64,000 nt of DNA from Batkoa obscura (GCA_030770535.1 JASVEC010000013.1:868001-932000); one strand, 5' to 3'; shown: positions 42,801-54,691, counted from the stretch's first letter. Numbers and translations: made by a program. Notes: generated by a model not told the origin, from the letters alone.

Positions 42801-44997
42801 TTTTTAATTTATTTTTTAAGGTTCAATATCTTCTTTTTATACTTCAAGCTTTATTGTTATTTTTTAGATTATAAAATTATGTTTTAGTTTAATTAGTAGA
42901 TTGATACATAAACAATTATTTATAAATTTTGGATGAACTTGCTCCATCAGGCCAATTATTTTGTCTCTAGAAATTAAGTTCATGCATGACATAACTACCT
43001 GAATGGCAAAGTATAAAAGTCATTTAAGGCTTGAGTCGTAGTCAAGGATATTGGGAACCCTTTTGCGAGTTTTTGTTCTTTTGATAAAAAATTGATTTTT
43101 AGGCAATAAGTTGACAGAAGCTGATTAGCAGCTGTCTTGACTAGTTAAAAACTAAACCTTGCCCTAACCCTCACTAACTCTAACTCTTACCTTTGCCATA
43201 TACAGGCTATTTTTTTGAGCTTTTCGTTTCTTGATATTTTTTCGATTGGCATTTAATTACAAAATGAAATGAATTTTGTGAAAATTTACAGAGAAAATAA
43301 GAATACCTACTGCTCTTGACTGCGGAAATGACTTAAAGCCATTTAAATTAGCATTGAAGAAGTTACTAATAAATTTCAGACACTATTCTAATACTAACGA
43401 TGATTTATAAATAGGTTATTATTAGGTCGGATTTTATATGCTGTTTTTTATAAAAATATACAGCTGAGTGTTGGATCAACTATGAAAAAAGGCCCACTGT
43501 GCCCGTTTATAGTGGGCCCGAAGCTTACTACAAGAATGCAGAGAATGTTTCACCACTTTCATTTAAATATTAAAAAAACAGTTTTAATAAATCATAAGTA
43601 AGACGAACAATTCATATAAAATATTAAGTATGTCTTAGATGATTTCGTTCTCTTGTCTAATTTTATACAATGCAGGATGAGGAAGATAATAATACTGAAA
43701 TATAAGGACATTTCCGCATTAAAATTATTTCCCATTTGTTTGTGTTTAAATAGTCATATGTAAATATTTTTATCAACATTCAACTAGAAAAATCTTCGCT
43801 ACATAGATAATGGATAAAGCACTAAAGCACTAAAGCAAAAAATATTTATATATTGATTTGGAAGCTTAAACCCAAAGCAAGTGAAAAAAACATTTCTAAT
43901 TCTAGCCTAATTTTTAATCCCTTCTATTACGAATTAATTTCACAGTTTACTTTATAAAGTCAACTAATTGGTTGATTAGTTTAATTTTTTGTCTTTATTG
44001 GCCAAAAATTTCATAGCATTGAATCATTTTGTTTTTTTAGATGGTGTTGTACATACCTCTAACTGTGTATGCTGAATTTTTTGGTCTAATTTTTAGAAAA
44101 CTGAATAGTAATAATGATTAACCAATAATTCAACCAATATAGACAGGCTCTACCTATTTAAAACTTAAGTGGGTCCTAAGGCTTTAGTCGGGTAGAAGCC
44201 GTCCAAATAAGTGAACGGATTAAGCACTTATTTATAGCGATTTTTAAATGCTTTTAACTGCTAAAATAACATGTAAAAAATCAAAAATCAAAGTATTTGA
44301 CAACTGTAATCAAGAGTAACATTTGATTGTGCTTTAAATCATAATAGAAGCACTTTTAGTTTACTACAATTTAGTATTGAAATAGTTTGAAGCAACTACT
44401 TTTCGACTATTTCTCTTAGATTGTTACATAGTAGCATGTGTATTTTTAACTTAGTAGAATTAGCTATCGATTTTTTGTATTTTTATTCTTAGGTTTGTAT
44501 AATAATTTTATTTTTACTATAACATTTTTATATGATACTAAAACTACGTAGTAACTAAAATATTTGGAAAATAGACCTTTCAAAAGAGAAAAAAGCCAAA
44601 CGATATAATCAAATATTCTATGGGAATTAAGTAACGTTCTTTATAATTTTCTTAAATATCCTTGAAGTAAGCGATTGAGTTCATAGTAATAAATAAAAGA
44701 AAAAAAAAGAAAAACTGTGGAAGACTATTGTTTATACATGAAAAAAGATAGTTTTATAATACAAGAGACCTTTGAAAGTCCCCAATCATTTTTTGAGTTG
44801 CATTGAAATATGTAATGAATCTTCAAAAAACCTTTATACATATCGAAGTTATAAATGAACAGTTATATGGGTTGATATCATTACATCGTTAATTTTCAAA
44901 CTATTTATAAGTATTTTAGGACAATTTATAAAATTAATAGTATATATAAGCAAAAGAAATATCGATATAATTCATCATAAAAAGCAACTCTAAGAGT

Positions 44998-45520
44998 ATA
45001 ATTCAAGTCCATCTTTTTAACTCTCTTCTCTTAGCTTATAACTATGCCAACAGTGATAATTTTACCCCAATTAATAATAGTTATGGGGATATAAGTGTAC
45101 CACTAAGAAGCGATTTTAATGCTGATGATACGTTTTATTCCGAAGACAACTTCAAGGAAGAAAATAGAGAGGTTACATGTAAAGTTTATATATGAGGATG
45201 TTTTTTTTTGGTTTCGTTACTTTTTCCATCTTTTAAGCGCTATTTGAGCGGAAAGATTGTTAGCAAAATTCTTAAACAAAAAAATACATCCCCATATGTG
45301 TACTAGTAACTTAACTAAATTTGCTGTCAAATCTTTGCTAGCTAACTCTGATACTCGACTTACTTTAAACCATGATAAATATTATATTAATTATGTTATT
45401 GATCAATTCTAAGATAGTTCTACAAAGTTAGATGACGATAAAGCTTACCTTGGCTCTGTTTTTATCAAGTATAATTATTCTGGTTCTTGCCAGTTTTTTC
45501 GATATGAACAAATATGGTAA
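44998..45520 (+). pseudogene. Pseudogene of a small, probably secreted protein, interrupted by MITE copy 6
   Basis: TATATAA ~55 bp upstream, ATA at the expected ATG, IQVHLFNSLLLAYNYA leader, open frame to the MITE and resuming after it (CTSNLTKF...GSCQFFRYEQIW*) with one TAA at 45410. Confidence 0.55.
45191..45296 (-). mobile_element. MITE-like element copy 6 (reverse)
   Basis: TATGAGGATGTTTTTTTTTGG...AAGCGCTATTTGAGCGGAAAG...AATACATCCCCATA. Confidence 0.9.
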
Positions 45521-45582
45521 TAAATAGTTTTGTATTTTTCATTTCAAATTTTTTTCAAATAAAATGATGGCATTAAATTACA

Positions 45583-45688
45583 TATGGGGATATATTTTTT
45601 TGTTTAAGAATTTTACTTAATAATCTTTCCACCCAAATAGCACTTAAAAAATGGAAAAAACAATGAAGCCAAAAAAAACATCCCCATA
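45583..45688 (+). mobile_element. MITE-like element copy 7 (forward)
   Basis: TATGGGGATATATTTTTTTGTTTAAG...AAAACATCCCCATA. Confidence 0.9.
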
Positions 45689-46545
45689 TAGCGTTCCAAG
45701 GTATATATAAAGTATATGAAATATTTATTAATAAAATCAAATAAATACTAGTTATGAAAAGTGGACATGTTTTATTTGAAAAGCTAACATTGTGTTCAAT
45801 TTTTTGACATAAGAAAAGGAAAATGGGTATTAAAAAAATAATCATTATATCCCAAATTTCCTTATAACTTTTCCAACATCCTTTTATCAGTTAAGTTAAG
45901 TTTTGAATTTAAAATTGTTTAATCAGAATTTTCTTCTTTATTTAATATGATTGTTATAAATTAGAGGCTACTTGTTTAAATTAGATTATTTCGACGTACA
46001 TAATATATGAAAATATTGATCAATGAGAAAAGATGTTAATAAGGATGATTAATACTTTTCTAATTTAAAGATAATAAAACAATATAATATTTAAGATACT
46101 TATATTATTAAAACTAATATTTAAATTTACATTTTAATAATTTTATTTTATTTTATATCCAATTTTATTAAATTTGAGAAAAAAAGAGTAGTAATATAGA
46201 TTAATATGAAACATTATCAATCGCTTGTTATAACTTAATATATGAAAACAGATGATAGAATTATGTTTATTTTTATCTTTATAACCACTATTGTTTTTAA
46301 AATGTAACAAAAGCATCCAAACGATCAAGTGAGAAAAAATAAAGTCACTCAATTTATCAATTTTTAGCGTAAAAAGAGGAACCAATAAAATTTGAGAAAT
46401 TCATTAAACTTGACTGAATCAACCCAAACGATTCAAATATTCGAAGAGTAAAGTGTAAAAAAAAATCAAAATTATATATAAACTAAAGCATTAAACTTTA
46501 TAATCACAAACTTAAATTCATTTGCTTTAGATTTCATAAAGGAAA

Positions 46546-47958
46546 ATGAGTACATCTAACTGGAAAATACCTTCTGTGCCTAAATTAATTCAATTAATAA
46601 CCCAGGTACAATCATTACAAAACAATACTACAGACACTTCAACAAAAGCTAAAAATCAAACTATTGAGGATAAAAGGGTATTAGTCCCTGCATATGGTTT
46701 AGGAATAGGAAAAAGTGGTAATCGAGCGTATGTAACTACAATGAAAAGTGGTACTAAGGAAGCATCTAAAAATGGAATAAAAAATGATACTGATACTAGT
46801 AATTTTAAATTTGTTCCCCCATTTGAAAATTGTAATCAAAGGAAGAGTGGTTATATATTGGATAAAGATTTTTATTATGAATGGTTAGAGGAAGATGAAT
46901 GTTCTAAGGGTGGTAAAGGTTATGAAGCTGGTAATAATAATAATAGCACATCAACGGAAACAGAGGAGGGTAAAGAAGATACAATTACTGAAAGTAGCAC
47001 TGCTAATAGTAACAGTACTAATACCAATAGTGGTAAAAATACTACCAATAGTACCTCAGATTATCCTATAAAATCGGAAGAAGGTATAGTAGAAAGTCCC
47101 TCTTTACCCTCGAATTATAAATTAGTATGGAATGATGAATTTGATGGCAATAAATTAGATTTAAATAAATGGGAATTTGAAGTGAATTGTTTAGGTGGTG
47201 GCAATGATGAAGAACAATGCTATGTAGCTCATGATGATGTTTTAAAAGTACAAGATGGAAATTTAATCATGACAGCAATAAGAGCCCCTGAAGGGTATGC
47301 TTTAATGCCATATGATAAATGTAACGCAGATCCAGATTCTATTGCACGTGGGGCTTGTACAAATAGAAAAGCAGTAAGATCCGCAAGAATTCATACTAGA
47401 GCGGATCAAGGTGGTAAATGGAAATATGGAAGATTTGAAATGAAAGCTAAAATACCCATCGGTAATTTTTTATGGCCAGCTTTTTGGATGTTACCCTCCA
47501 ATTATAAATATGGTACTTGGGCAGCATCTGGTGAATTTGATATAATGGAATCACGTGGACAAAAACCAAATGAAATTGGTCATGCTATTCATTATGGTGG
47601 ACAATGGCCAAATAATGTTTACTCTAATTTACAATATGTTCAAGAAGGATTAGCTAATGAATTTAATATTTATGGTTTAGATTGGAATGAAAATAGTATT
47701 AAATTTTATGTTAATAATCGATTTACATATCAATTAGAAACTAATAGAAATTGGACATCTCCTTTATTACATAATAATACACCTTATACAAAGTTAGGTC
47801 AACCTTGGGATCAAGATTTTATTATGTTATTAAATTTAGCCGTAGGTGGCACTTTCTTTTCAGGTGCTAAATATAATCCAAATGAAGATTATAAAACTTG
47901 GAAACAATCTTATATCATTGATTATATTAGAGTTTATCAAAAAACTTCAAAATATTAA
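46546..47958 (+). CDS. GH16 beta-1,3-glucanase (laminarinase-like), intronless, with unrecognised N-terminal region and Ser/Thr/Asn linker
   Basis: LVWNDEFDG, GGGNDEEQCY, KYGRFE, LWPAFWMLP, catalytic GEFDIME, LLNLAVGG, IDYIRVYQ. Confidence 0.93.
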   Translation: MSTSNWKIPSVPKLIQLITQVQSLQNNTTDTSTKAKNQTIEDKRVLVPAYGLGIGKSGNRAYVTTMKSGTKEASKNGIKNDTDTSNFKFVPPFENCNQRKSGYILDKDFYYEWLEEDECSKGGKGYEAGNNNNSTSTETEEGKEDTITESSTANSNSTNTNSGKNTTNSTSDYPIKSEEGIVESPSLPSNYKLVWNDEFDGNKLDLNKWEFEVNCLGGGNDEEQCYVAHDDVLKVQDGNLIMTAIRAPEGYALMPYDKCNADPDSIARGACTNRKAVRSARIHTRADQGGKWKYGRFEMKAKIPIGNFLWPAFWMLPSNYKYGTWAASGEFDIMESRGQKPNEIGHAIHYGGQWPNNVYSNLQYVQEGLANEFNIYGLDWNENSIKFYVNNRFTYQLETNRNWTSPLLHNNTPYTKLGQPWDQDFIMLLNLAVGGTFFSGAKYNPNEDYKTWKQSYIIDYIRVYQKTSKY

Positions 47959-48219
47959 GAATATTATATCATTGTTTTTAATTCATTTTTTATATATAAT
48001 AAATTATACTTCTTTTCTTAGATACTATTATTGCTATTTTAAACATATATAATTTCTATTTTTAATTAACTCCACTTAGATTTAAATTTAAGCTTTTATT
48101 ACTTAACCAAGAGAATTCAAACCTTAGTGATCTCATTTAACAATAAAAATTAAATTAAATTAATTAAAAAAATAGAAACTCAAACTTTTTTAATTTTTTT
48201 AGAATATTTATTTTAAAAA

Positions 48220-49173
48220 ATGTATCAATTTATATGTAATTTAATCAAGTAAGTATCAACTGCCTTCCTTCATGGAATCAACTAATCCTTCTAAACTTCA
48301 ATAGTTTATTTCTAGGCAATCTATATCCAGCGTATAAATTATACAAGTTATTAAAGATTAAAGATCGCCAAATTCCTTTTGAAGCTTATGAATATTATTT
48401 AAAATTATTTGTTGTTATGGCTTGTTTTAATTTTTTACAGTATATTGGAGACACATTAATTTTCTGGCAAGTCGACTAAAATTCCATTTATAATAATTTT
48501 TGACTGTAATCTTTTGTTTAGGTTTCCCTTGTATTACGAATTAAAAATCGTCATGTTATTATATATTACTCTTCCCTCCAGTAATGGGGTATCAAATCTG
48601 TATGAAAAATATATCAGCACATACTTAAAGAGACGAGAAAAAAGAATCGACGAAGCCATTATTCTTTATCAAAATAGAATCATTGATATTTTCAATTTTT
48701 ATTATACTTTGGTATATTCCTATTTGTTAAAAGCGTACAATTTAGCTATTGAAAAAATATATCATGGGCTAAATAGCAGTCTCATAAATCCAGAAATTCA
48801 ACAAAGAGGAATGGAGGAGTTTCGTATGGCAGGCGCGTTACCAGCTCAACCCACTCCATCCACTCCAGTTCGACAGACTACGGCTTCAACTAATAGATAT
48901 AGTACCATGCCACCATTAAGAGAGAATATTGATAATCGAATTAATAATTTATTTAATGCTTATTCAGCTCATTTTAATACCAACAATTCAAATATTGAGA
49001 TTTTATCTGATGAAGAGGATTTATCCGAGTCAAGTGGACTATTAAATCAAGGTAGTTCTAAAAATGTTAAGTTTGGGTTTTCAAATGCCAATAGAAAAGC
49101 AGCTGGTAATAATGGTAGAAGGTTTGGTAAAACCATTGATGAAGGGGATGATGAAACGGATAGATTAATTTAA
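48220..49173 (+). CDS. Second TB2/DP1/HVA22 (REEP-family) protein, 3 exons, with a GC-AG intron
   Basis: GNLYPAYKLYK...GDTLIFW/FPLYYELK...LYITLP..NG...LYEKYI..YL..RE..ID; intron 48467-48521 GCAAGT...TTTAG. Confidence 0.85.
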
Positions 49174-49826
49174 TTTATTGTGTTTATAATAGTGTTTTAG
49201 TAGAATTTTAAATCAATAACTGTCTATTTTGTTCTTTTTGATAATAAATAGATAGATGGCCATTATATCAATTTATATTCTGATACCTTCTTTTATATTA
49301 TTTTCATCAAAATCTTTTTATTTTAAATTAAACTATTGTAAATAGTTAAGCTATTTAAAATATACATATTGACACTGCTTTATAACAATTTAATAAGCTA
49401 AAAAAGCTCTAAATAAAAGAGTTTTTGGTCATATATAGCAACTATTACTATTTACATTACTATCATTTTCCTCATTCTACTTTACTCCTTCGTCTTTATT
49501 GATCTAATGTTCTTTTATTTAACCAAATTGCTCATTTAAAATACTTGATTCACTAATAAATAAACACTGAATATTTACGTTAAAATATTATTAACCTTTA
49601 AGAGCAACAAAATATCTATAAATAATAATTAAAAGCTAAAAAAAGCGTCAAAGTACAATTACTCTTATAACTCATTATCACCACCATTCCACCTTCCACT
49701 TTTCAAAGCTGGAAAGCTGCAATCTCATTTGCAAAAATTTCAGCCATTGGAAAATTTACAATGAAAAACTAAATAACTTCAATTCCATTTTCAAATTTCG
49801 AATTTCAATCTTTAAACTATAAAATA

Positions 49827-50288
49827 ATGAAAAGAACTCTCCTTAATATAACCAAAAGATTTTACGCTACCCCTTCCAAAGGTCATGCCCTAGGTGGTGA
49901 TTATAGAAACGATATTATCCGTCGCGCCTTATTCGATGCCCCATTACGTCCTAGTGAACCCTCTGACTCTTCCATTGAATCCCAAGAATCCGTCCTTAAT
50001 AAAGCATGGTCCGTTTATACTGCTGAAGTTGCCAAAAAACAAAAGGAAAAATTAGCAATTAAATATAATAGAATGGTTGAAGCAGCTGAAAAATTAAAGG
50101 AATTGAGTCCAAAATTATTTGAAGATAGTCAAAAGCAATGGATGGGTGAATTGTTTCCAAAACAAATGAAGGTCCCTACAGAAACTCCAGGGAACATTAT
50201 TTGGGAACATGAATCACAAACTAAGATTAATAGAGTCAAAGAGGAGGAGGCAAAAAGGAAGGAGGGATTAAAGAAGAAAGACAACTAG
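49827..50288 (+). CDS. Mitochondrial ribosomal protein mL40 (yeast MrpL28-like)
   Basis: Presequence MKRTLLNITKRFYA; AW..Y...KYNRM.EA.E.LK..SP.LF and FP.QMKVPTETP. Confidence 0.8.
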   Translation: MKRTLLNITKRFYATPSKGHALGGDYRNDIIRRALFDAPLRPSEPSDSSIESQESVLNKAWSVYTAEVAKKQKEKLAIKYNRMVEAAEKLKELSPKLFEDSQKQWMGELFPKQMKVPTETPGNIIWEHESQTKINRVKEEEAKRKEGLKKKDN

Positions 50289-50380
50289 ATTAAGAATGGA
50301 GGATTTCTATAGAAAATTAAAGGTTATGGAAGGTATTTTAAATTGAATATTGCTGTTTTTATTTATTTTTAAGTTTAATA

Positions 50381-50480
50381 TATGAAGGTGTATTTTTTAA
50401 TTTCATTTATTTTTCCATTAAGCGTTATTAAGTGGAAAAATTATTTGTAAAATTCTTAATCATAAAAAGATATGCCCATA
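50381..50480 (-). mobile_element. MITE-like element copy 8 (reverse, degenerate, unpaired)
   Basis: TATGAAGGTG...TTTTCCATTAAGCGTTATTAAGTGGAAAAA...GTAAAATTCTTAA...GCCCATA. Confidence 0.8.
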
Positions 50481-50539
50481 TAAATTGACATTTATTATAA
50501 AAAACTAAAATATGTAGAATAGTATGATATCAAAAAAAC

Positions 50540-52005
50540 AATAAAATACACCTTGAATTGTTTAGCATATGATCCATTTTCAACTTTTTAAATATCTTTA
50601 CTCTCTAAGTTATGTAAATTCCCTTTTAGCTTCGCATTATAAATCCACTTGATCATCATAGTTCATTTTAGAAGCTGATGTAATATCCGAATATTCTGTT
50701 GCATCTTCTCTACCAATATCAAACTGTGTTTGTCCATTAACTATATATCTTTGAGTTGAAGAATTGACGCCTTGTTGAAAACTATACTATTGCTCATGTT
50801 GACTCATATCGTTATTTCTCGAATGAAGATCAAGCTCATTATTATTATTTCTATAAAGACTCTCATATCTTGTATCATTAGGTTTTGAGTGACTTCGATG
50901 AGTATCACCTCTTCTTGGAACAGGTTTTAACCCTTGACGATAGTTCGAATCATATTGCATATCATGTGGTTTTGAAGGACCTCTACGATTAGAACCTCTT
51001 CGTGGAATAGGCTCATTTCTTTGCTTATAAGGCCTATGTCTCATTTTTGTCTGTGATGAATCCATATTTGAGTTTCTAACTGGATTTTGAGTATATTGTT
51101 TATTAGAAATTGGATTTCTATTATAGTTTCGAGGGTCACTGTTATAGTTATGACTATTTAAACTATAATATAAATTATTATCACGATTGTAGTTACTTGA
51201 ATTATAATGAGCAAGACTCTGGCTTCCATTACTCTGCTCCATCTGGTTACTATCCCCTTCTCCTTTATCACTACTATCATCAAAGATGGATTTATGATTT
51301 TTTGTTTTTATGCTATTTTTAGATTCACCAATAGATTCACTCACACTCCTTGTACCCCTTTCACTATAATTTGGATTTGATTTTAGACCAAGCTCATGTC
51401 TAGTATCCCTAATTGACAAATTGGAACCAAAAAACTTATCTACGTCCTCATGATAACTAACTGCTTCAATCCTTTCCTCAATAACATAACTTGACAAACT
51501 TTTTTTATCTAATGTAATACAACCATGATCCTCACTATCCAATTCTAATCCACTTGATTTAATATTAATAGTATCATCCATTATCCCCGAACTAGATGAG
51601 TAATCATGATCACTATCAGAAACAAGATAATTATCTTCTTCGTTCCTTTCTTTCATACAAGTTAAACACCTTGCTTTATCATTAAACTGATGTTGATTTT
51701 TTGCAAATTTATCCAATATCATTGTTTTATCATATATTAAACAATGTAAATGAGTTCTTGATTGAGGCATACAATTATAATATTTAGGACTATAATGTAT
51801 TTTTATGGAATGGATAAGGCGATCTTTATCTGTAAAATCATCTTGAATATTTGATCTTGTAATGCATTCTTTATCTTGAATCTTAATTTCCTTCCTTTCT
51901 CTTGTAGTTTTGAAAGATTGAATGACTTTAATTCTTGTTTACATGATACACATTCATATATTGTATCCCTATTTAAATATTGACTTTTTTATCTTTGCTT
52001 TTCAT
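50540..52005 (-). pseudogene. Stc1-domain (tandem zinc finger) pseudogene; left boundary approximate
   Basis: YECVSCK..LSKLQ in one frame and YYNCMPQ..HLHCLIYDKT..LDKFAKNQ...ARCLTC in another; frameshifts, Tyr at expected Cys positions, and a frame that continues past TAA/TAG stops. Confidence 0.6.
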
Positions 52006-52199
52006 TTTTAAATAGATTTTAATTTAAATTGACTTTTTTATACTTGTATTTTCAGTTGATACAATTGATCAAAAAGCATTAAAATGACATCCTTAATTTT
52101 GTAATAATATTTTTCTATCACTTTTAATTAATAATAATAATTTAAACTAAAAGATAATAATGGTTATATTAATTACATAAAATCAAGACAAAATTTTAT

Positions 52200-54382
52200 T
52201 TAATCCAATTTAGCCAACCTTGATTTAATTTCATCAACCAAATCTTCACGTCTAACAGTAACGCCACCTCCTTGATTTTCATCTTTATCTAACATCATTT
52301 TAACTTTAACAATACCTTCTTTAATTTCTTGTTCACCCACAATAACAGCAATAGGAATATGATCTCTATCACATGCATTAAATTGATTCTGCATTTTAGG
52401 TTTAATTTTATACATAAACTCACAAGGAATATCATGATTCCACAATTCTTTAGAAATGGCCATACGTTCTTTTAATAATCCATCTTTAACAGACATTACA
52501 TATACTTTTGTGGAATTGGATTTTATATTATCCAATTTAGCTTTGTTTAGTAAGATAGAAAATACTCTTTCAACTCCAATACTTACACCAACACATGGGA
52601 TTTTAACGTTGGAATCTTTTTTACCACTAGATGAAAACATACCAACTAAATTATCATATCTTCCTCCCGCGGCTACAGATCCGATTCTAGTTTGTTCTTC
52701 TTCTTTATTATCTTTAGATTTTTTACTTTTAGTTATTGGACCTATTAATAGAATATTAATATAAGACTTAAAGTAATAATACATATAAACAAAAATTACC
52801 AGATTCTTCAGGTAACTCAAGTACAGCTTCATAAATAACACCAGTATAATAATCTAATCCACGTGCTAAACTTAAATCAAAAGACATCTAAAATAATTAT
52901 TATAAATATTAGTTATGTTATCTGAATTGTTTTTTTAAATATTGATTACTTTATCAGCAACACCAAACACTTCTAAATATTCAAATAATTGAGCCATATT
53001 CTCAATCCCTTCTTTAGCAAGTGAATTGGTTGGTAATTCTGGATGAGCAAGTAATTTATCACATAGCTCTTTACCACCTTAATTATAAAAATAAATGGCA
53101 TATTAATAAATTAAAACATAATAATAGATAATTTATGGTTACCTTTTAACTTAATATATTCTCCAATCTTATCAGCAACGTTAGCATCTAATCCTTTTTC
53201 TTCCACCATTTCTTTTTTGATTTCTTCCCATGGAAGCTAAATATAATAATAATAATAAATTATATAAACAAATATAAATATAATATTAAACAGCTAATGA
53301 TAGACTCACTTTATCTGATTTATCTACAGCTGAAGAAATAGGACGAATTTTATCTTCTGGTACACCACAAACTGCAAACATACCATCTAAAATTTGACGA
53401 TGATTAATCTAAATTAAAACAACAGTTAATAACAATTAATAATTTAATACTATAATATATTAAACTTACCTTAATTTTAAATTGACCAATATCTAAAGCA
53501 GATAAGATTTCAATCATTATATTAATAACTTCAGCATCGGGTATCATTTTATCATAATTTCCAGCAATATCAAAATCCTATTATTATTGTTTAACTATCA
53601 TTTCATTAATGTTATATTATTTAATAATAAACTTACACATTGATAAAATTCTCTCATTCTACCCTTTGTCATAGCAGGTTGATCACGACGATAAACTTTA
53701 GCAATTTGATATCTTTTAATTTGTTGATTTGAATTTCCATTCATTGCTAGATAACGAGCAAAAGGGACCTAGAGAGATAAATATTAATAAATCTAAATTG
53801 CTTGTTTGTAATATAAATAAGAAAAACTTACAGTTAAATCATATCTTAAAGAACATTTTTCCCCACCTTGATCTTCTAAGTCGTAAATAAGTTTACTATC
53901 TTCTCCATATTTATTGGTTAAGACTTCCTATTTTATTTTTTAAAAAGAAAAATAAAGAAAAATAAATATATTCACCTTTAACTCAAATACTGGAGTATCA
54001 ATAGTTACACCACCATGTTTTTTGAATGTTTTTATAATAGTTTCAAACATTTTTTCTCTAATAGCCATCTCTTTTTCATTAAAATCTTTAGTACCCTGTA
54101 GAAAAAAATATCAATATGAAAACTCAAACATTCTTCCCTTTATGTTAAACAATTTATAAAACAATGAAACTTTACCTTTGGTGTCTTTAGTACCAATTGG
54201 GACTTTCCTTTTTTACCACTAGTACCATCTTCTCCAGTAAGTTTTGCTATTTGAATTTTAAGCTCTTTTAACACAGCTACTTCAGCATCTATCTTTTCTT
54301 TTTCAGCTTTTTCAGCTTTTAAGGAACGTACTAAATTAGCTTGCTCGGTTAATTTTGATTGTAATTCTTCTAAATTGCTCAT
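52200..54382 (-). CDS. HTS1: Histidyl-tRNA synthetase with N-terminal WHEP domain, multi-exon
   Basis: [71 protein letters not shown]. Confidence 0.97.
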
Positions 54383-54550
54383 AGTGTAAACTGCGATTGG
54401 GAGTTTAAAAAAGCTATGACTAATGTTTGATACAATTTTCTATTTTTAATCGCAGTTGAAAATTTTGTGTTTTTAATTTAATAACTTTTTTAAATAAAAA
54501 TCCCAAATTTTAAGTCCAATTTTGGAATTTTGATAGCTTTAAAAAAAAGG

Positions 54551-54557
54551 TGACTCA
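54551..54557. promoter_or_regulatory. Gcn4/Cpc1 (AP-1-type) site in the HisRS-AsnRS divergent promoter
   Basis: Perfect TGACTCA; variant TGACTAA at 54417-54423. Confidence 0.6.
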
Positions 54558-54691
54558 TCCTCTCATTCTTTTATTGATCTTTTATTGTTATCAATTTGGT
54601 AAGTGTACATTATAAAAAAAAAATACTATAAATATGTATAAAAAATATTTAAAGTCTATTTATAATTATACTTTCTTTTCAGATTAAATAC

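Noticed and set aside
43150..43197. Telomere-like CCCTAACCC/CTAACTCTAAC run
   Set aside because: Only one or two perfect units; too degenerate to call
45082..45092. TATGGGGATAT resembling a MITE end
   Set aside because: No internal MITE sequence follows; it lies in frame within the pseudogene (YGDI)
31688..45845. ORFs 31688-31942, 33079-33300 and 45573-45845 with similar FF..LFPFFKRYLSG peptides
   Set aside because: They are translations of MITE copies, not a gene family
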